NCBI GenBank assembly: GCA_951406725.2
Contig: OX597819.1
Coordinates: 70,804,001-70,868,000 of the forward strand
Reading direction: 5' to 3'
Source of the DNA: Octopus vulgaris
Taxonomy: Eukaryota
DNA: 64,000 nucleotides
Positions 13,290-25,754 of this stretch are shown one piece after another. The stretch's first letter is position 1, and the number at the start of each line of letters is the position of its first letter. The position numbers and the translations under genes are program-made. The notes under the pieces were generated by a model that saw only the letters and a program-made list of their open reading frames with translations, was not told the DNA's origin and did no database searches.

Positions 13290-14640
13290 ATAATAGTTGG
13301 GGAAAATAAAAGGCAAGCTGCACTAAAATAAGCAAAACAGTTTAATTCAAGTCACATTTCAATCATAAAACATCTTCATGAAATAGGAAAAGTGTCTAGA
13401 CATAGTCGGTGGGTCCCTCTTCATCAGGGTGTTTCTCATCTTAATCAAAGTGTTGCCCTCTGCTCGTTATAGAAGAGTAAGGCTGGTTGTCAAACTTTTC
13501 TTGGGTAGAATCATCACATTGAAAAGTTGGTTCTCTATATTCATCCCAACGAAAACTACAATAATTAATACCCAATGAAAAAGAAAAAAAACCTTACTCA
13601 AACCACTCCCCAAAAATTCATGCTCTGTGTTTGGTGGGATATGAATGGTGTTGTTAATGATGAAATGTTAAAACAGAAACAGTTTAATGCAGAGACGTAT
13701 TTTCATCAATTGGAAACAATACACAAGTATTTGCAGAAAAGCACTTCTCTTAGATCAACCGTAAAGAGATGTTGCTATCACACGATAATGGAAGACCACA
13801 TATTGCCCAGTCAGGAAAAGATTATATTAAATATGGAAGTTTGGCTTCATTCTCCTTATCCTCCTGACCCCGCTTCATTGGTATTATTATTTTGAGGAAA
13901 AACAGTTTATTCATCTTGAAGCGGTTAAATATGATAGTGAATGTTTCTTTGCTTTGAATCTTGAAGAATTTTACGCCCGAAGGATTAACAATTTGCCAAA
14001 TAAAAGAGATTATGATATCAGTAATGAAGAGAAATATTGATTTCAAATTTTGGCACAAGGCCAGCAATTTCCAGGGGGGGTAAGTCAAATATATCGATCC
14101 CCAGTGCTCAACTAGTGCTTATTTATTGACACCGGAATGATGAAAGGCTAAGTCGACCTCGGTGGAATTTGAACTCAGAACATAAAGACAGACGAAATAC
14201 CGCTGAGCATTTCGCCCGGCGTGTTGAACGATTCTGCCAACTGGCCACCATAATGAGTGGAAATATTTATTTTTTTATTGCCCACAGGGGGCTAAACACA
14301 GAGGGGACAAACAATGACAGACAAAAGAATTAAGTCAATTAAATCGACTACACTGTGTAAACTGGTACTTATTTAATCGACCCCGAAGGATGAAAGGTAA
14401 AGTCGACCTCGGCGCAATTTAAACTCGAGCGGAATTTGAACTCGGGCAGAACTTGAACTCAGAACGTAATGGCAGACAAAATACCGATCAGCATTTCACC
14501 CAGTGTGCTAACGATTCTGCCAGCTCGCCGCCCTTAATGAGTGGAAATATTTACTTGATTTACAATACCAATTTAAGTCAAAAGAAGCATTTGTTTCTTT
14601 CCCATCTTAAAATGCGACAGGATTTTCTTTCTAAACTAAA
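13290..14640 (+). mobile_element. Highly decayed mariner interrupted by two family B SINEs
   Basis: Peptides HLHEIGKVSR, KFMLCVWWDMNGV, HSPYPPDPA. SINEs at 14041-14250 and 14270-14534. Confidence 0.65.
14270..14534 (-). mobile_element. Family B SINE with 19-bp TSD
   Basis: TAATGAGTGGAAATATTTA at 14251-14269 and 14535-14553. Confidence 0.8.
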
Positions 14641-14814
14641 ACTAAAAAAAACAAAAAACTGGAGAATAAGAAGTTAATTGAAATTTTTTTTGTTTTCTTT
14701 TCTCTTTCTTTTTTTTTTTCATTTTTTAAAAAACTTTCAATGTTGTCAGTTTTATGTAAACTATGTTGACAGTCTGACATAAGTACTTTGCTCAATCATC
14801 AACCTTTATAGCTA

Positions 14815-15229
14815 GCCCACAACCACCACCACAACCACCACCACAACTACCACCACAACTACTACCATCACCACCACCACCACAACAACAACAACAACCA
14901 CAACAACAATAAACACCACCACAAACACCATAACTACCACCACCACCACTACAACAACAACAACAACAACAACCACAACCACCATCAAAACCACCACCAC
15001 CACCACAACAACTACTACTACTACTAATACCACCATCACCACAACCGCAACTTCCGCCATCGTAACCACTAGCACCTCAACCACAAACACTGCAAACATA
15101 ACTACCACCACCACCACCACCACCACCACCCAAACCACTTTTACCAACAACACCTTGATTATTCTCATCATTACCACAACCACCACCACTACCACCACAT
15201 TCAATACTACTGTTGCTGCTGATGGGACA

Positions 15230-15279
<50 letters not shown>

Positions 15280-15455
15280 ATGCGTCGCTGTCACCATCAT
15301 CACCACCACTACTATTTCTAAGACTACTACTACAGCAGCCATCGCAACGATTGACATCCCCACAAGCAACAAAGACCACCACCACCACGACAACAACCTC
15401 TACTACTATTTCTTTTGCTCTATTCCCTATTACCACTCTTAGCACCACCAGTGGT

Positions 15456-15504
<49 letters not shown>

Positions 15505-15505
15505 G

Positions 15506-15544
<39 letters not shown>

Positions 15545-15613
15545 TTACTGCTGCCACGACTAACTACTACTACTACTACTACCACCACCACCACCACCAC
15601 CACCACTACTACA

Positions 15614-15670
<57 letters not shown>

Positions 15671-15930
15671 GCTGCTGCTACGACTAACTACTACTACTAC
15701 TACTACCACTACCACCACTGCTACTACTACTACTACCACCACTGCTGCTGCTACGACTAACTACTACTATTACTACCACCACCACCACTGTTACTACTAC
15801 TAGTACTAATACTAATACTACAGTTACTACTACCACCACCACAAGCATCAACGTCAGAGGTGCTGCTGCTACTACTGCTACGACTACTACTACAAATTAT
15901 ACTACTGCTGCTACTACCACTATTATTACT
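14815..15930. repeat. Compound trinucleotide microsatellite (CAC/CAA/TAC/CTG)n
   Basis: Seen directly. It is the source of the poly-V/T/Y ORFs. Confidence 0.9.
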
Positions 15931-16401
15931 CTACATACCACCACCAATAATAAGGGATTGTGTGAAAAACCTCGTCCCTCCTTGTCATTTTCTTCGCTCA
16001 CTACCCCCACCCTTCTACCCATATCCCTCCACCACTTCGACCTCCTCTTCGCACCTTTTTTCTTACTTCTCACCTGTATGTCTATCATCTTATGTTTTGT
16101 CTGTGTTACCTGCCATCCACTGCATTGCTCTTCTTCTTGTATTTGTTGTTCTCTTCTTTTCTTTGTTGTTATTTTGTTCTTAAACATCTTTACTTAATGA
16201 CGTATATATTTTTTTTAATTCTGTTTTATTCTTGACTTCTTATTGTTTTTTCTATTCATCACTGCCACCTCCCTGATTTTCTTTTTTTTTTTTTTTTTTT
16301 TCGTTGTATGTACTCTGTTAACTTCGTTTGTCTTGACATACATAATTCTTGTCCGTTAGTGTTGCCGCCCTTGGCTAACTATTACAGTTGGCTGTCGTAT
16401 T

Positions 16402-16822
16402 GGATCTTTTCGGTTTGAACGGCAGTTTTTAACATAATTTCTAGGTAACTAAAAAATTTTAAACTTCGTATACTGGCAGAATGTGTTTATAAAACATCTT
16501 TTTCTCTTGGCTATATTGAGAAAATTCTATAGTTTGTAAGATATTTGTTGTTTTTTTCTTCAATTTCTGCAATTTCAACCAATCAGTGACGTCTATTGAG
16601 TTAAAAAGCATTCTGTGCCATATGAATATGTCCCTCGTTTAAGAAACAGATTGGGTTTATTTACATTTGTGAAGAAAAAAAGATACATTTTCCCCACCCC
16701 TAACCCTAACCCTAACACTAAAAGAGATTGAAATGCAATAGATCGATTATAGGGACATAATTATGGGTGACAATTTCATATGACACCGCTAGAAAAAACT
16801 GCCGTTCAAACCGAAAAGATCC
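16402..16822. mobile_element. MITE with 29-bp perfect TIRs, 8-bp TSD and internal (CCCTAA)n
   Basis: TIR GGATCTTTTCGGTTTGAACGGCAGTTTTT at both ends. TSD GTCGTATT at 16394-16401 and 16823-16830. Confidence 0.9.
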
Positions 16823-17786
16823 GTCGTATTTACTAATTTATAATGAAGGAAATTTATTATAAGACAAATAATCAGCGCCAAAATTGAAGGGTATCACGGT
16901 ACTCGAGTGAAAAAAGAAAAAAAAAAGAAGAAAAGGAGAGTAAAATGAAGTTCGCTTTGCGACCACGTACATATTAAAATGAGAATGCTCACATTATTAA
17001 TGTTTCCATATTTTTACTTCAAACGGTCGTACTTACATGTGTACAATGAATTAATTGAATTGAGAAACATCTTGTATGTGATAATTTAAAGTTTTCAACA
17101 GTGGAGAGTAGGAATAATATTTTGCTAACTGTATGATAATAGTTTACGGTTGTTTTATGCGATAATGGTTCATAGGCAGAACAAGTAGGAAAAATTAGAA
17201 GACCTATCGTGGAAATGAGTGACAGTGTTTCTTGTAGCGTCAAAGGTCGTTCTGCTTGGAGTTCAATATACCAAGTTTTTATAACATTCAGAAAAGCTTC
17301 AAGAATCTTCTGCAAAACTATTGGCTGGGAATTTGGCGCAGTTTTATTATGTTACATACCAACTGATACTGGTTGATGGAACCATGTTCACCTAGGCGCT
17401 CATGCTTTTTACGGTAATACAGTTAATTTCCCGTAGAAGTTCTTGCCTTTTATGGAAATATTGTTAGGCCGTGGTACTTAACTAGTAATCTAAGGATGAT
17501 AGTTCCAAACTAGACAAAATCCTTGCTACATAATTAAACGCCAGTTTCTTATACTCTCGTGCCCTAGCCCCTAATTTGATAAGCAAACTATTTATTTATT
17601 TATTTTTGCTTTTTCGCATTTCCCCATTATTTGGCCCTGCGATTAAAGAAGCCACCTTGCAACTACGTGGATATGTGTTCAGTTCCAATGCGCAGAACTT
17701 TGGGGCAAGTTTTTCGTACCATAGCCTCATGCCGACCAATGCCTTATGAGTGAATTTGACAGACAAAAACTGCATGGAAGCTCGTC

Positions 17787-17844
<58 letters not shown>

Positions 17845-17913
17845 TTCTTTCTTTCTTTCTGTTAACTTGGGATCCCTTGACGACAATGTAACCTTCATTT
17901 AACCAAGGTATCT

Positions 17914-17986
17914 TCGGCCTGGTGAGTAGCTAGTGAATAGTTATTACTTCCGAGGTCCTGCTAATTACGAAACATACGTAGCTTGG
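17914..17986 (+). ncRNA. Degenerate type I hammerhead motif
   Basis: CTGGTGA (one mismatch to CUGAUGA, 17919-25), stem II GTAGCTAG/CTAATTAC, GAAAC-ATAC-GTA, weak stem I GGC/GCT. Confidence 0.45.
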
Positions 17987-19023
17987 ATTTCACCTGCTCT
18001 ATTCTCTCAATTTGGATTTTCATTCGCATACAGAGCAACCCCAGTTACTAACCGTGCACTATAAAACAACTTAATCAGCTGACCGAACTTCCATATGGCT
18101 AAAATTTGCAATCCTTTCCACCAACAATTGTTTCTAAAAGTTATTTTTCGTTTATATCTTCCCCACACTGATCCGGACTTACTAACTTCCTACACCTGGA
18201 TCCTTGGATCTTACGTTTACATATAATTATCTCTCTCTTTCTCTCTCTCTCTCTCTGCGATGAATAGCTTTACGTAAACCATGGTTCGCTTTGTTCTCTT
18301 ACTTTATTATCATCTTATAATCATCTCATAATAATGACTTTTATGACTCTTATTACTACCTCAGTCAATCTAAATGTATATATTTGTCGTTACCTGTCAT
18401 AAATAGCCCTTTTTTTATTTGCAATGTGCATTTTCGTTGATTTTTCCTATTTTACCCTTATATTTCCACGTGTATTTTATATTTTCTTTTTGTAACATAT
18501 TTCTACTATATATATATTCGTCTTTCAATCTGGCGTTCTACTTCTATCTTTATTTCTCTCTATCTATCCATCTACATATCTCTCTATTTCTCTGTCTACA
18601 TTTCTATCATTATCTGTATGTATGTATGTATGTATGTATGTATGTATGTATGTATGTATGTATGTATGTATGTATGTATGTATGTACCTGTCTGTTTGTC
18701 TGTCTGTCTACCTATCCGTCCTTCTGTCTGCCTGGTCGTCCTTCTGTTTGTTTTTCTGCCAGTTTATCTCTCTATCTCTTGTACGAAAGAACATTGGTTT
18801 CTGCGGCAAGTACAGCTGCAGTGAAATTGTACAGATTACAACCATCAAATATCAGTAGAGGACATCGTTAATCAAAGTGAAGGAATGAAAATATCTTATA
18901 TGGTGTAGGCGTGGCTGTGTGGTAAGAAGTTTCGGCGTGTACTAAGAAGTTTCTTTGAGCAAGTCACTTTATTTCAAGTTGCTCTAGTCCATTCAGCTGG
19001 CAAAAAACAAAATGAGTAGTATA

Positions 19024-19188
19024 GGCGTAGGAGTGGCTGTGTGGTAAGTAGCTTGCTTACCAACCACATGGTTCCGGGTTCAGTCCCACTGCGTGGGTCC
19101 TTGGGCAAATGTCTCCTACCATAGCCTCGGGCCGACCAAAGCCTTGTGAGTGGATTAGGTAGACGGAAACTGAAAGAAGCCCGTCGTA

Positions 19189-19281
<93 letters not shown>

Positions 19282-19495
19282 ATATGTATCTGTTTGTCCC
19301 CCTCGACATGGCTTGACAACCGATGCTGGTATGTTTACATCCCCGTGACCTAGCAGTTCGGCAAAAGAGATCGGTAGAATAACTGCTAGGCTTACAAAGA
19401 ATAAGTCCTGGGGTCGATTTGCTCGACTAAAGGTGGTGCTCCAGCATGGCCGCAGTCAAATGAGTGGAACAAGTAAAAGAGTAAAGAATAAAGAG
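19024..19495 (+). mobile_element. Full-length family A SINE nested in a family D SINE
   Basis: Near-identical to 7490-7900. Family D sequence lies on both sides (18955-19020 and 19496 onward). Confidence 0.85.
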
Positions 19496-19573
19496 TACCT
19501 GTAATTCAATGGGCTAACCTTGGTTACGTTCTGTGTCATGCCGAATCTCCCTGAGAACGACATCGATACGCGT

Positions 19574-19816
19574 AATGCAGTTCTATATTTAAGAGATAAG
19601 GAATTATGTACATTATTTACATTATTTACATTATTTACATTATTTACATTTGACGGATATTTGTCCTCGTCTTCTTTGTTGCTAACACAAGTTTTCGGCT
19701 GATATATCCTCCTGATGAAGGTTGGCGGGTATATCAGCCGAAACGTTGTGTTAACAACAAAGAAGATGAGGATAAATATCCGTCAAATGTAAATAATGTA
19801 AATAATGTAAATAATT
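19574..19816. mobile_element. Palindromic hammerhead-bearing element (Penelope-like inverted pseudo-LTR)
   Basis: About 95-bp inverted arms. Core CTGATGA-A-GGTTG...CAGCC-GAAAC-GTT-GTGT at 19712-19751. 9-bp TSD GATACGCGT (19565-73, 19817-25). Confidence 0.75.
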
Positions 19817-20816
19817 GATACGCGTGTCTGGGGAGTTTTACGAACATGCTGTTCCGTTGATCGGATCGACTGGAACCTTCGTCGACGTAACCGACGGAAC
19901 ACCAGATTAATAACACTCAACACCCACCCTCAGAATGCCTGACTTCGTGACTATGTCAATAGATAATGCACCAGTCAGTTACCGAGTTAGAATTTTTTCT
20001 GACTTTCGCTTGTTTTCTCTCTTCTTCTCATTCTACATGGTGATAGTGTCGTGGGTGACCATTCTGCCTCTTTTCTCCAAGAAGCAGTGCCCATGCTAGA
20101 GCACTGCCATTGTTGTAATTGTTAGCTTAATTTTTTTTTTAATGTCCACAACTCTCCCACGCTGTCTGAGTATGGTGAGTGAATGAGCTGGACCAAAGCT
20201 GTCCTTATTCATGTTTCTCGTCAAGGCGGGGTTCATTTGGTATCTCAGATAAGAAAAAGAAATGTCTTTAAGATTTTTTGAACAGATCCACATCCATACC
20301 TCGCAGATTTTCCTGCTTCTGGAATTAACAACTTCTACACGTCTAATCTGCAAAGAAACCAGAGAACAATACATTTTTTTAATGAATTAGCATAATCGAC
20401 TGCGGATAGCCTAGATGAATCAATTCTGACTTTTGCCACCGCGGGAAATAACCAAATACACAAGTCTTTCCTAGCATAATACCGGGGTCATTTGCTGTCC
20501 CTTTCCTCTTGGAGTTTATTCTTTCCCCACAGAATTAATTCAGCTCTATAACTATTTTCACAATTTGGTGAACTGGGTTAAGTTGATAATTGTGTCATAA
20601 CTCGCTATCCATAAGGCCACCCGCACTACATCGGCGGACTTCGTTAGTTTCCGTCAGCCAACATTCAATCACAAGACCTAGGTCGACTATATGTACACAC
20701 CCAAAAATTTGATACAAACCATTAGTATTATTGTTATTACTAATCCTTTACCGCCCACCCGTCGATTCTCAGATTCACATACTTCATAATCCGTCTGTTT
20801 GCCTTTTAATAGCTGT

Positions 20817-20934
20817 GATTACAGCACCCAGGTTTCCTACGCGCTCACCCATTTTACGTACAGACTAGATACGGTGTTGCTTCACATCGCTCATCAGATA
20901 TGAACCAGTCTTCTCGACGTGATATGGTCGACAA
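20817..20934 (-). pseudogene. Degenerate 5S rRNA copy
   Basis: The minus strand reads GTCGACCATATCACGTCGAGAAGACTGGTTC..GATGAGCGATGTGAAGCAACACCG..GTAC..ATGGGTGAGCGCGTAGGAAACCTGGGTGCTGTA, collinear over about 118 nt with metazoan 5S rRNA but with many substitutions. Confidence 0.7.
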
Positions 20935-21002
20935 TACCAGTAACAACAACAACACCGGCAGCAGCAGCAGCAACAACAACAGTAACAATAATAGTAATAA
21001 TA

Positions 21003-21607
21003 CTTTCTCCTAAAGGCACAAGGCCTGAAATTTGGGGGTGGGGGGATAGTCGATTACATCGACCCCGAAAAGATGAAAGGTATAGTCGACATTGGCGGAA
21101 TTTGAACTCAGAACGTAACGGCAGAGGAAATACCTACTTCTTTACTACCCACAAGGGGCTAAACATAGAGGGGACAAACAAGGACAGACACACGGATTAA
21201 GTCGATTATGTCAAACCCCAGTGCGTAACTGGTACTTAATTTATCGACCCTGAAAGGATGAAAGGCAAAGTGGACCTCGGCGGAATTTGAACTCGGAACG
21301 TAACGGCAGATGAAATACCGCTAAGCACGTCGTCCGGTGTGCTAACGTTTCTGCCAGCTCGAAGCCGCCTCAGACAATAATAAATAATAATGATTTCAAA
21401 TTTTGGCACAAAGCCAGCAACTTCAGGGGTTGGGGGTCAATTATATTAAGCTCTAGTGTTCAACTGGTACTTTTTTCATCGACCTCGAAAGGATTAAAGA
21501 CCAAGTCAGCTTCGGTGGAATTTGAACTCAGAACGCAAAGACGGACGAAATGCTGTTAAGCATTTCATCCGGCGTGCTAACAATTCTGCCAGTTCGTCGA
21601 CTTAGAC

Positions 21608-21658
<51 letters not shown>

Positions 21659-21845
21659 CCATTCTACTCTAGGCACAAGGCCTGAAATTTGTGGGGAGGG
21701 AACTAGTCAATAACATCGACCCCAGTGTGTATCTGGTACTTGATTTATCGGCAAAGTATATCTCAGTGGAATTTGAAATCAGAACGTGAAGACGGATGAA
21801 ACACTGCTTAGCATTTTGTCCGGCGTGCTAACACTTCTGCCAGTA
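21003..21845 (-). mobile_element. Tandem cluster of family B (MetaSINE-like) SINEs separated by (AAT)n
   Basis: Repeated CGACCCCGAAAGGATGAAAGGCAAAGTCGACCTCGG-type domain and tRNA-like heads. Confidence 0.8.
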
Positions 21846-22203
21846 GTAATTGTACGAATGATAATGTCTATATTAGCCGCAAGGGCTCAAAGAAAAGGGG
21901 TACAATACACAAGAAAAGGTACAGCATAATGCGGGGCTTGTATAAAACTTGTAAAATAAAGAATAACATGAAATTTCAAACAGCCAAGGCTCCTTATTAA
22001 TGGGTGGTGGTGGTGGTGATAGGTATCTGCTTTGAGATCAATCAAAGAAACCCTACAAAACCTGAATGACCCTGACTATCTAAAATTAGGGATCTCTTAC
22101 ATCTGTCGTTTCCCAGTCAAGAGAGAGGGGTGGATGAGGGTAAAGTACAAACATGCATTATGTAAAGAACTGCATGCAGATCCATCCATCCATCCATCCA
22201 TCA

Positions 22204-22326
<123 letters not shown>

Positions 22327-22748
22327 CGTGTGTATTAAGTGTTCAAATTAATTTATTACAGCTGGTGCCGTTGCGCGTTTTTATATACAAAACATTGTTA
22401 TACACATCAGTTTATACATACATGCATACATACATGCATGCATACATACATACATACATACATACATACATACATACGTACATACATACATACATTCATG
22501 CATACATACATACATACATACATACATACATACATACATACATACATACATACATACATACATACATACATACGTACATACATACAAACGTACGTACGTA
22601 CGTACGTACATATTATATCCGTGTGGGTGCGTAAAGTTTAAACGTATATTCTACACTTTTCACGTTGTTTGTGTCAATCTTTCACAGTTTCTAATCTTTT
22701 CGTCTGCTTAAATCAAAATATTAATCAACTAAGTAAAACATTCCTTCT

Positions 22749-22793
<45 letters not shown>

Positions 22794-23627
22794 TCTCTCT
22801 CTCATATTCACACACACTTATGCACACTTCCCCTCCTTTTTTCTCACACACTAAATTTCCGTTTTTCATCTTTTTCTTTCTCCTCTTATTCACTCAGTCG
22901 TTCTTCTTCCATTTTTGCCTCTCTATCTGTTTCCTCTCTCTTTTCTTCTCTCTATCTCTCTATCTATCTTTCTCCATTTTTCTCTTACTATACGATGTCA
23001 GCACTTACTAGCATACTCTATTTCTTCCTGTCAGTTAGTCTCTCTTTCCTCTTATCTCTCTTCCTCTCTCTCTCTCTCTCTCACTCGTTCTTCTCTCATC
23101 ACCTTCTCTATCCGTTTATTTCTCCCCTTCCTCTCTCTCTCTCTCTCTCTCTCGCTCTCTCTACACTTACTGACATTCTTTATTTACTACAAAAGGTCTC
23201 CTAATTCAGTGAAAAAAAAAATCTTTTTCCTTCTTCGTTCACACAACGCGATTATCTCCCTCTATCGCACAGACTTCACCATCTCGCCTTTACGTATTAA
23301 CAACATATTAACTTCAACGAAGATCTCAGTGAACTGAGATACAATAAAATTAAATTATCTTTAGGATTTATTCTATCTATCCTATCTTTGTACGAATACT
23401 CAGCATCTGTGAGAGCTGGTTATCCAATACTTTCTATCTCTCTCTCTCATTTTTTCTTTCTCTTTCTCTGCATATAGACACACATCATACAGACTTAATA
23501 ACGTAGATCTTAATTAATATGAATATTTGAGAACTTTAGTGGAAAATACATCGCTAAGACTAATTACAATTTACCCTGTAAAGTACGTTTGCATCTTGTT
23601 GCTTAGCATTCCCTGATTTGATCACTC

Positions 23628-23698
23628 GCATCGGTGGTTCAGTGGTAGAATGCTCGCCTGCCACGCGGGCGGCCCGGGTTCGATTCCCGGCCGATGCA
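23628..23698 (+). tRNA. tRNA-Gly-GCC: tRNA-Gly (anticodon GCC)
   Basis: 71-nt cloverleaf with a perfect acceptor stem GCATCGG/CCGATGC, anticodon GCC at 23660-62, and intact A and B boxes (GGTTCGATTCC). Confidence 0.97.
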
Positions 23699-23704
23699 CA
23701 TCGC

Positions 23705-23722
23705 TTTTTTTTTTTTTTTTTT
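23705..23722 (+). terminator. Pol III oligo-T terminator
   Basis: T18 run starting 7 nt after the tRNA-Gly 3' end. Confidence 0.8.
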
Positions 23723-23968
23723 AAATATATATTTTGGGTGGGTGTCCAATGGAAAACTTTTGTTCTTTGTAGTCTGGACTACTGCTCCCAATTATGGTTT
23801 CCACATAATATCAAACTAACAGTGGAGCTTAAACATTCCAACACAACCATAAGCAAAAGACAGATTGCTTCAGTGCCACAGACAGCCTCCTAGGAAAGGC
23901 TAAAAGAAATAAGGATCTACAAACTGTGAAAGGTGTGCAGTGACAAATATATGTGTGTGTGCGTGTGT

Positions 23969-24277
23969 GGATGCACAATGGCTCGGTGGTTAGGGCGGCG
24001 GACTCGCGGTCGTAGGATCGCGGTTTCGATTCCCAGACCGGGCATTGTGCGTGTTTATTGAGCGAAAACACATAAAGCACTACGAGGCTCCGGCAGTGGG
24101 TGGTGACGATCCCTGCTGTACTCTTTCGCCACAACTTTCGCTCACTCTTTCTTCTGTTGGCCTGCTCACTTAGCGAGCGGGGTGGCGTCACTTGATGGCT
24201 AAAACAATGCGAAGCGCACTGTGACCAGCGATGTGTAGCAACATCTGATAGCCTGGTCGGTCACGGTGATCTCGGTG
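23969..24277 (+). mobile_element. tRNA-derived SINE, family C
   Basis: Head TGGCTCGGTGGTTAGGGCGGCGGACTCGCGG..GGTTTCGATTCCC and TCACGG tail. Homologous to 27996-28303. Confidence 0.85.
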
Positions 24278-24337
<60 letters not shown>

Positions 24338-24769
24338 GTAAGTAAAATTCGGGTAAAAACCTTGTAGATTGTTTTGCAAAGCTCATCCACAGTCATTGGT
24401 CATCTGACGTTATCATACAGCGGAAATGCTCCTGCTACTGGATATACCTCAGGAATTCTATAGTAATCGTAGAGTTTATATAATTTGATAAACGATAGAA
24501 ATGGTGAGGGAATCTAACGAAGAACGTCTTTAAAGGAATCACCTGAGGAGGCGCATTTTACACCTTTGATGTAAGATAATGATTACACAACATCTCACCA
24601 ATATACACCAGATGTAAAAATGTGTCGAAACAATTGTAATGAATTCCATTTTCTATCATTTGTTCATCAACATTCTTTGTCTGATAACCTAGAATGCATG
24701 ACCAAAGATGTCACACAACTCTAACGCGACGTATCATCAGCTGAAAGGATGAGCCTATATGAGCACGGG

Positions 24770-25700
24770 TCACTACGTCCCACTTTGAAAGGTATGCGTT
24801 TGCAATCCAGGAACAGGAAATATCAACCAATTACCTGATGCACAAAAGGAATAGAGACACAGGAAAAGCCGTAAAATGGGACAACCGATGCAGACATTGT
24901 GGAGTTCACACTGAAGATATTACCCATATCATAAGCAGTTGTCCGAAAATGTCATCACAGTATTATTTACCGATGAGACATAATGTCGTAGCTAGGACAC
25001 TCTATAATAAAATCCGTCGGAAGGATAACCCCGAGGACAAAGAAATAAGAATCCACAGTATAGTAGACGTCATAGCCACTCATAATTAAAAAAAAAGAAT
25101 GCTGGTAGAATATTACAGTGAAGACCTCAATAAAATGTAGGCACAACAGACCTGATATAATGATTTGGGATAGAGAAGAGAAACTGTGCACAGTTGTGGA
25201 AATTAGCTGCCCAGCGGATGTTAACATAAAGTAGAAGAGCAGTGAAAATGAGAACACCTATACTGAACTATTGAGAAACCTGCAGTTGCTCTATCCAGAT
25301 TACAAGTTCAGGTTTATACCTGTAATTATTGCGGCCCTGGGATATGTAATACACAGCCTAAATACCAATCTTGAGAAATTAGGCTTCTCAAAACCAGAAA
25401 GTAGAAAGCTAATTCGAAAACTACAGATCCAATCCATCACTGGAGCTGTAAAAATCTGTAAAACTTCTTAGTTTATCATTTAAATATATATGTGTATGTC
25501 TAGATATGCAACTTTATGCATGAGAATACATACATAAAGCAAAACATACAAATCTGCACATATACATACATACATACATACATACATACAAAAATACCCT
25601 GTTGTTGATGTTGAAATTCCAATGAAGGAGCCTTGAATCTAGGTTAGAGACCGGTTCTTTCTCTATTGGTAAGAAATCGAAATAAAACTGAACAATGACA
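24770..25700 (+). mobile_element. 5'-truncated R4/Dong-type non-LTR retrotransposon (zinc knuckle plus restriction-like endonuclease)
   Basis: AIQEQEISTNY, CRHCG..EDITHIISSC (CCHC), RHNVV, RPDIMIWD..VVEISCP, FIPVIIAALG. Stops and frameshifts are present. Confidence 0.85.
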
Positions 25701-25707
25701 TACATAC

Positions 25708-25754
<47 letters not shown>

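Noticed and set aside
14812-15742. Long poly-V/T/Y/S ORFs (also 22032-22641, 29969-30650, 50001-52584, 60694-61171)
   Set aside because: These are translations of stop-free microsatellites with no domain content.
16698-16721. Telomere or chromosome fusion site
   Set aside because: Only 3-4 units, internal to a TSD-flanked MITE.
23969-24040. tRNA-like sequences at SINE heads (also 7490, 27996, 31083, 57871)
   Set aside because: They lack a full cloverleaf and continue into shared SINE bodies.
25615-25670. Hairpin-rich LINE 3' UTR resembling a hammerhead
   Set aside because: It lacks CUGANGA and GAAA in the required arrangement.
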